Source of the DNA: Squalus acanthias
Taxonomy: Eukaryota
Assembly (NCBI GenBank): GCA_030390025.1
Contig: CM059432.1
Location: 3,658,001 to 3,722,000, forward strand
DNA: 64,000 bases
Direction of reading: 5' to 3'
Below the pieces are notes generated by a model. It ran no database searches, was not told where the DNA came from, and saw nothing but the letters and a program-made list of their open reading frames with translations. The translations under genes were made by a program, and so were the position numbers. Shown piece by piece: positions 62,171-64,000 of this stretch (position 1 is the first letter of the stretch; every line of letters begins with the position of its first letter).

Positions 62171-63286
62171 TTGGAGGATAGTGAGACGCAGACAGAGAGT
62201 GGCAATGATGGCCAGACGGAGGAGGCCATCAGGCGCATGTACAGGAGAGCTTACCCTCCCAGGGTATATCGTGAACAGCTCTCCTACATCCACATGTCCG
62301 AGGAGCTGTGTTTGCGAAGGCTGCGATTCAGCAAGGAGGTGGTCACTGAGCTCTGCCACCTGCTGCAGCCAGATCTGCAGCCTCAGCTGAGGTCCAGGAC
62401 GTCTCTGTCGGTGGCAGTGAAGGTCACAGTGGCTTTGAACTTCTACGCCACTGGCTCATTCCAAGCTGCTGTTGGGGACCTCGCCAATATCTCCCAGTTT
62501 GCGGTGCATCGCTGCATCCGGCAGGTCACCAATGCCCTCTTCACAAGGAGACGAGACTTCATCTCCTTCCCTATGACCCCAGACAAGCAGCATGACCGTG
62601 CTATGGGCTTTGCGAGGGTAGCGGGCTTCCCCATGGTGCAGGGCGCCATTGACTGCACGCATGTGGCTTTGCGTGCTCCGCGAGAGAATGCAGAGGAGTT
62701 CCGGAACAGAAAGGGGTTCCATTCCTTGAATGTGCAGTTGGTCTGTGACCACAGACAGGTGATTCTCGCTGTCAATGCCCACTATCCGGGCAGCTGCCAC
62801 GATGCTTTCATCCTGCGCCAGAGTACTGTGGCAGAAATTTTCGAGGCACCGCATCAGCCAGTTGGTTGGCTTCTGGGGGACAAGGGGTACGCATTGAGCA
62901 CCTGGCTGATGACACCGCTCCGTGCGCCAAACACCCCTGCTGAGCTGCGGTACCAGGAAAGCCAACAAGCAACCAGGAACATTATTGAGCGCACAATCGG
63001 CGTGCTCAAACAACGATTCCGCTGTCTGGACCATTCCGGAGGAGCCCTGCAGTACTCGCCTGAGCAAGTTTCCAAATTCGTAGTGGTGTGCTGCATGTTG
63101 CACAACATGGCAATCCTCAGGACGCAGCCAATGCCACCAGGCCTTGCAGCACCACAAGAGGAGGAGGAGGAAGAGGAGGAACAGGCCGAGGACGATGATC
63201 AGCAGCAGCACCAAGGCAGGAGGGCGGCCCACAATGGTCAAACTGCAAGGGCCGTCCGTCAACGACTAATAGCAAGCCGCTTCTAG
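62171..63286 (+). CDS. Harbinger (HARBI1-like, DDE) transposase; first in-frame ATG at 62237
   Basis: RRLRFSK, ALNFYATGSFQ, GAIDCTH, NRKGFHSLNVQ, PGSCHD, LLGDKGY, RNIIERTIGVLKQRF, CCMLHN; no internal stops. Confidence 0.92.
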   Translation: MEDSETQTESGNDGQTEEAIRRMYRRAYPPRVYREQLSYIHMSEELCLRRLRFSKEVVTELCHLLQPDLQPQLRSRTSLSVAVKVTVALNFYATGSFQAAVGDLANISQFAVHRCIRQVTNALFTRRRDFISFPMTPDKQHDRAMGFARVAGFPMVQGAIDCTHVALRAPRENAEEFRNRKGFHSLNVQLVCDHRQVILAVNAHYPGSCHDAFILRQSTVAEIFEAPHQPVGWLLGDKGYALSTWLMTPLRAPNTPAELRYQESQQATRNIIERTIGVLKQRFRCLDHSGGALQYSPEQVSKFVVVCCMLHNMAILRTQPMPPGLAAPQEEEEEEEEQAEDDDQQQHQGRRAAHNGQTARAVRQRLIASRF

Positions 63287-63580
63287 GGCCCCTGCCATTG
63301 CTACAAACACGAATCAACCCAGCACGCAACCCCTAAGCCGGCCAAGGCACCAATAATTCCAACCACCAGCCATGTATATTTTGAATACAGAAACTTATTT
63401 ATTGTACAAACTCTGTGTGTGTCAATTCCTCATGACAAACTCATAGAAATAAACACAAAAAAACAGTCAATAACATAACTGGTTCTCACAACCTGGAGAT
63501 AATGTCCAAAACACTAAACAAAAGTTGGGCCATGAACCTCGGCCTTTAATAAAAAAATGACCAGCATTTTGGCACACCTC

Positions 63581-64000
63581 CTACTTTTTGCCCTTCGAGG
63601 GTGATCTCCTTCCCTTGCGCACTTCCCCCCTTCTAACCCTACTGCTCCTCCGTAATGGGACCTCAGTGGCTGCAGCAAGGCTGGTGGAAGGCTGCTGCTT
63701 GTCAGACCCTGACACTGCAGATGCCCCTGAAGGACGGCCTCGACCACTTCTGGGCCTGGAGGGCCCGGCTGCAGACTGCACCAACTCTGCATGGGCGGCA
63801 GCAGTCTGTCCTACAGGCGGTGGCAAGTGCAGTGGAGAAGTGACAGTGTTGGCAGCAGGAATGCTGTCATCGTGAGAGAGGACAGCAACTCCCTGCTCAC
63901 CCGACACACTGGCACTCCCACGGGGCAGCACTTCAGCATCCGGAGCAATTTGCCGGAGAACAGATTGCTGGCCTGCTGCGGCGCGGTGACAGCCCCGGGG
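63581..64000 (-). CDS. 3' end of the Harbinger second gene (probable Myb/SANT-like protein)
   Basis: Low-complexity ORF ending GPSRPRSGRGRP..LRRSSRVRR..KGKK*, similar in composition and position to the C-terminus of 6899-8843. Confidence 0.65.
   Translation of the reverse strand, partial: PRGCHRAAAGQQSVLRQIAPDAEVLPRGSASVSGEQGVAVLSHDDSIPAANTVTSPLHLPPPVGQTAAAHAELVQSAAGPSRPRSGRGRPSGASAVSGSDKQQPSTSLAAATEVPLRRSSRVRRGEVRKGRRSPSKGKK

Larger units (their letters stand above)
61614..64000. mobile_element. Apparently autonomous PIF/Harbinger transposon (continues beyond the window)
   Basis: Left TIR gggggtaaaaattca after CTA; open transposase frame on + and convergent second gene on -. Confidence 0.9.

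Noticed and set aside
62456..63262. 268-aa ORF with a hydrophobic, signal-peptide-like start
   Set aside because: Antisense shadow of the transposase; the Leu run is the complement of the Glu tract.
62171..63286. Domesticated host gene HARBI1
   Set aside because: It lies inside a TIR-bounded element inserted in a LINE, with a convergent partner gene and a related MITE nearby, so it is a transposon copy.

Overview
Eukaryotic, almost entirely transposon-derived DNA. The repeat content (Deu-domain SacSINE1-like SINEs, an HE1/V-SINE, abundant CR1 and L2 LINEs) points to a cartilaginous fish, probably a shark. I cannot support any host protein-coding gene. The window is a deeply nested stack of elements: CR1 and L2 LINEs (including a near-intact CR1 ORF2), a third CR1-group LINE family with a tRNA-like head, a 5'-inverted RTE, Penelope-like elements carrying minimal hammerhead ribozymes, two solo LTRs and many PIF/Harbinger elements. 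The Harbinger set includes an apparently autonomous copy running off the right edge, a 3.2-kb copy that keeps a three-exon Myb/SANT gene but has lost its transposase core, and several MITEs. The most unusual observations are a tRNA-Val/CR1-tail chimera resembling a newly formed SINE, the Myb-only Harbinger, the tRNA-headed LINE, an L2-derived 23-bp minisatellite split by a CR1 insertion, and a twin-primed RTE. Family names come from recognising motifs by eye, not from database searches. Coordinates of degraded fragments are approximate.
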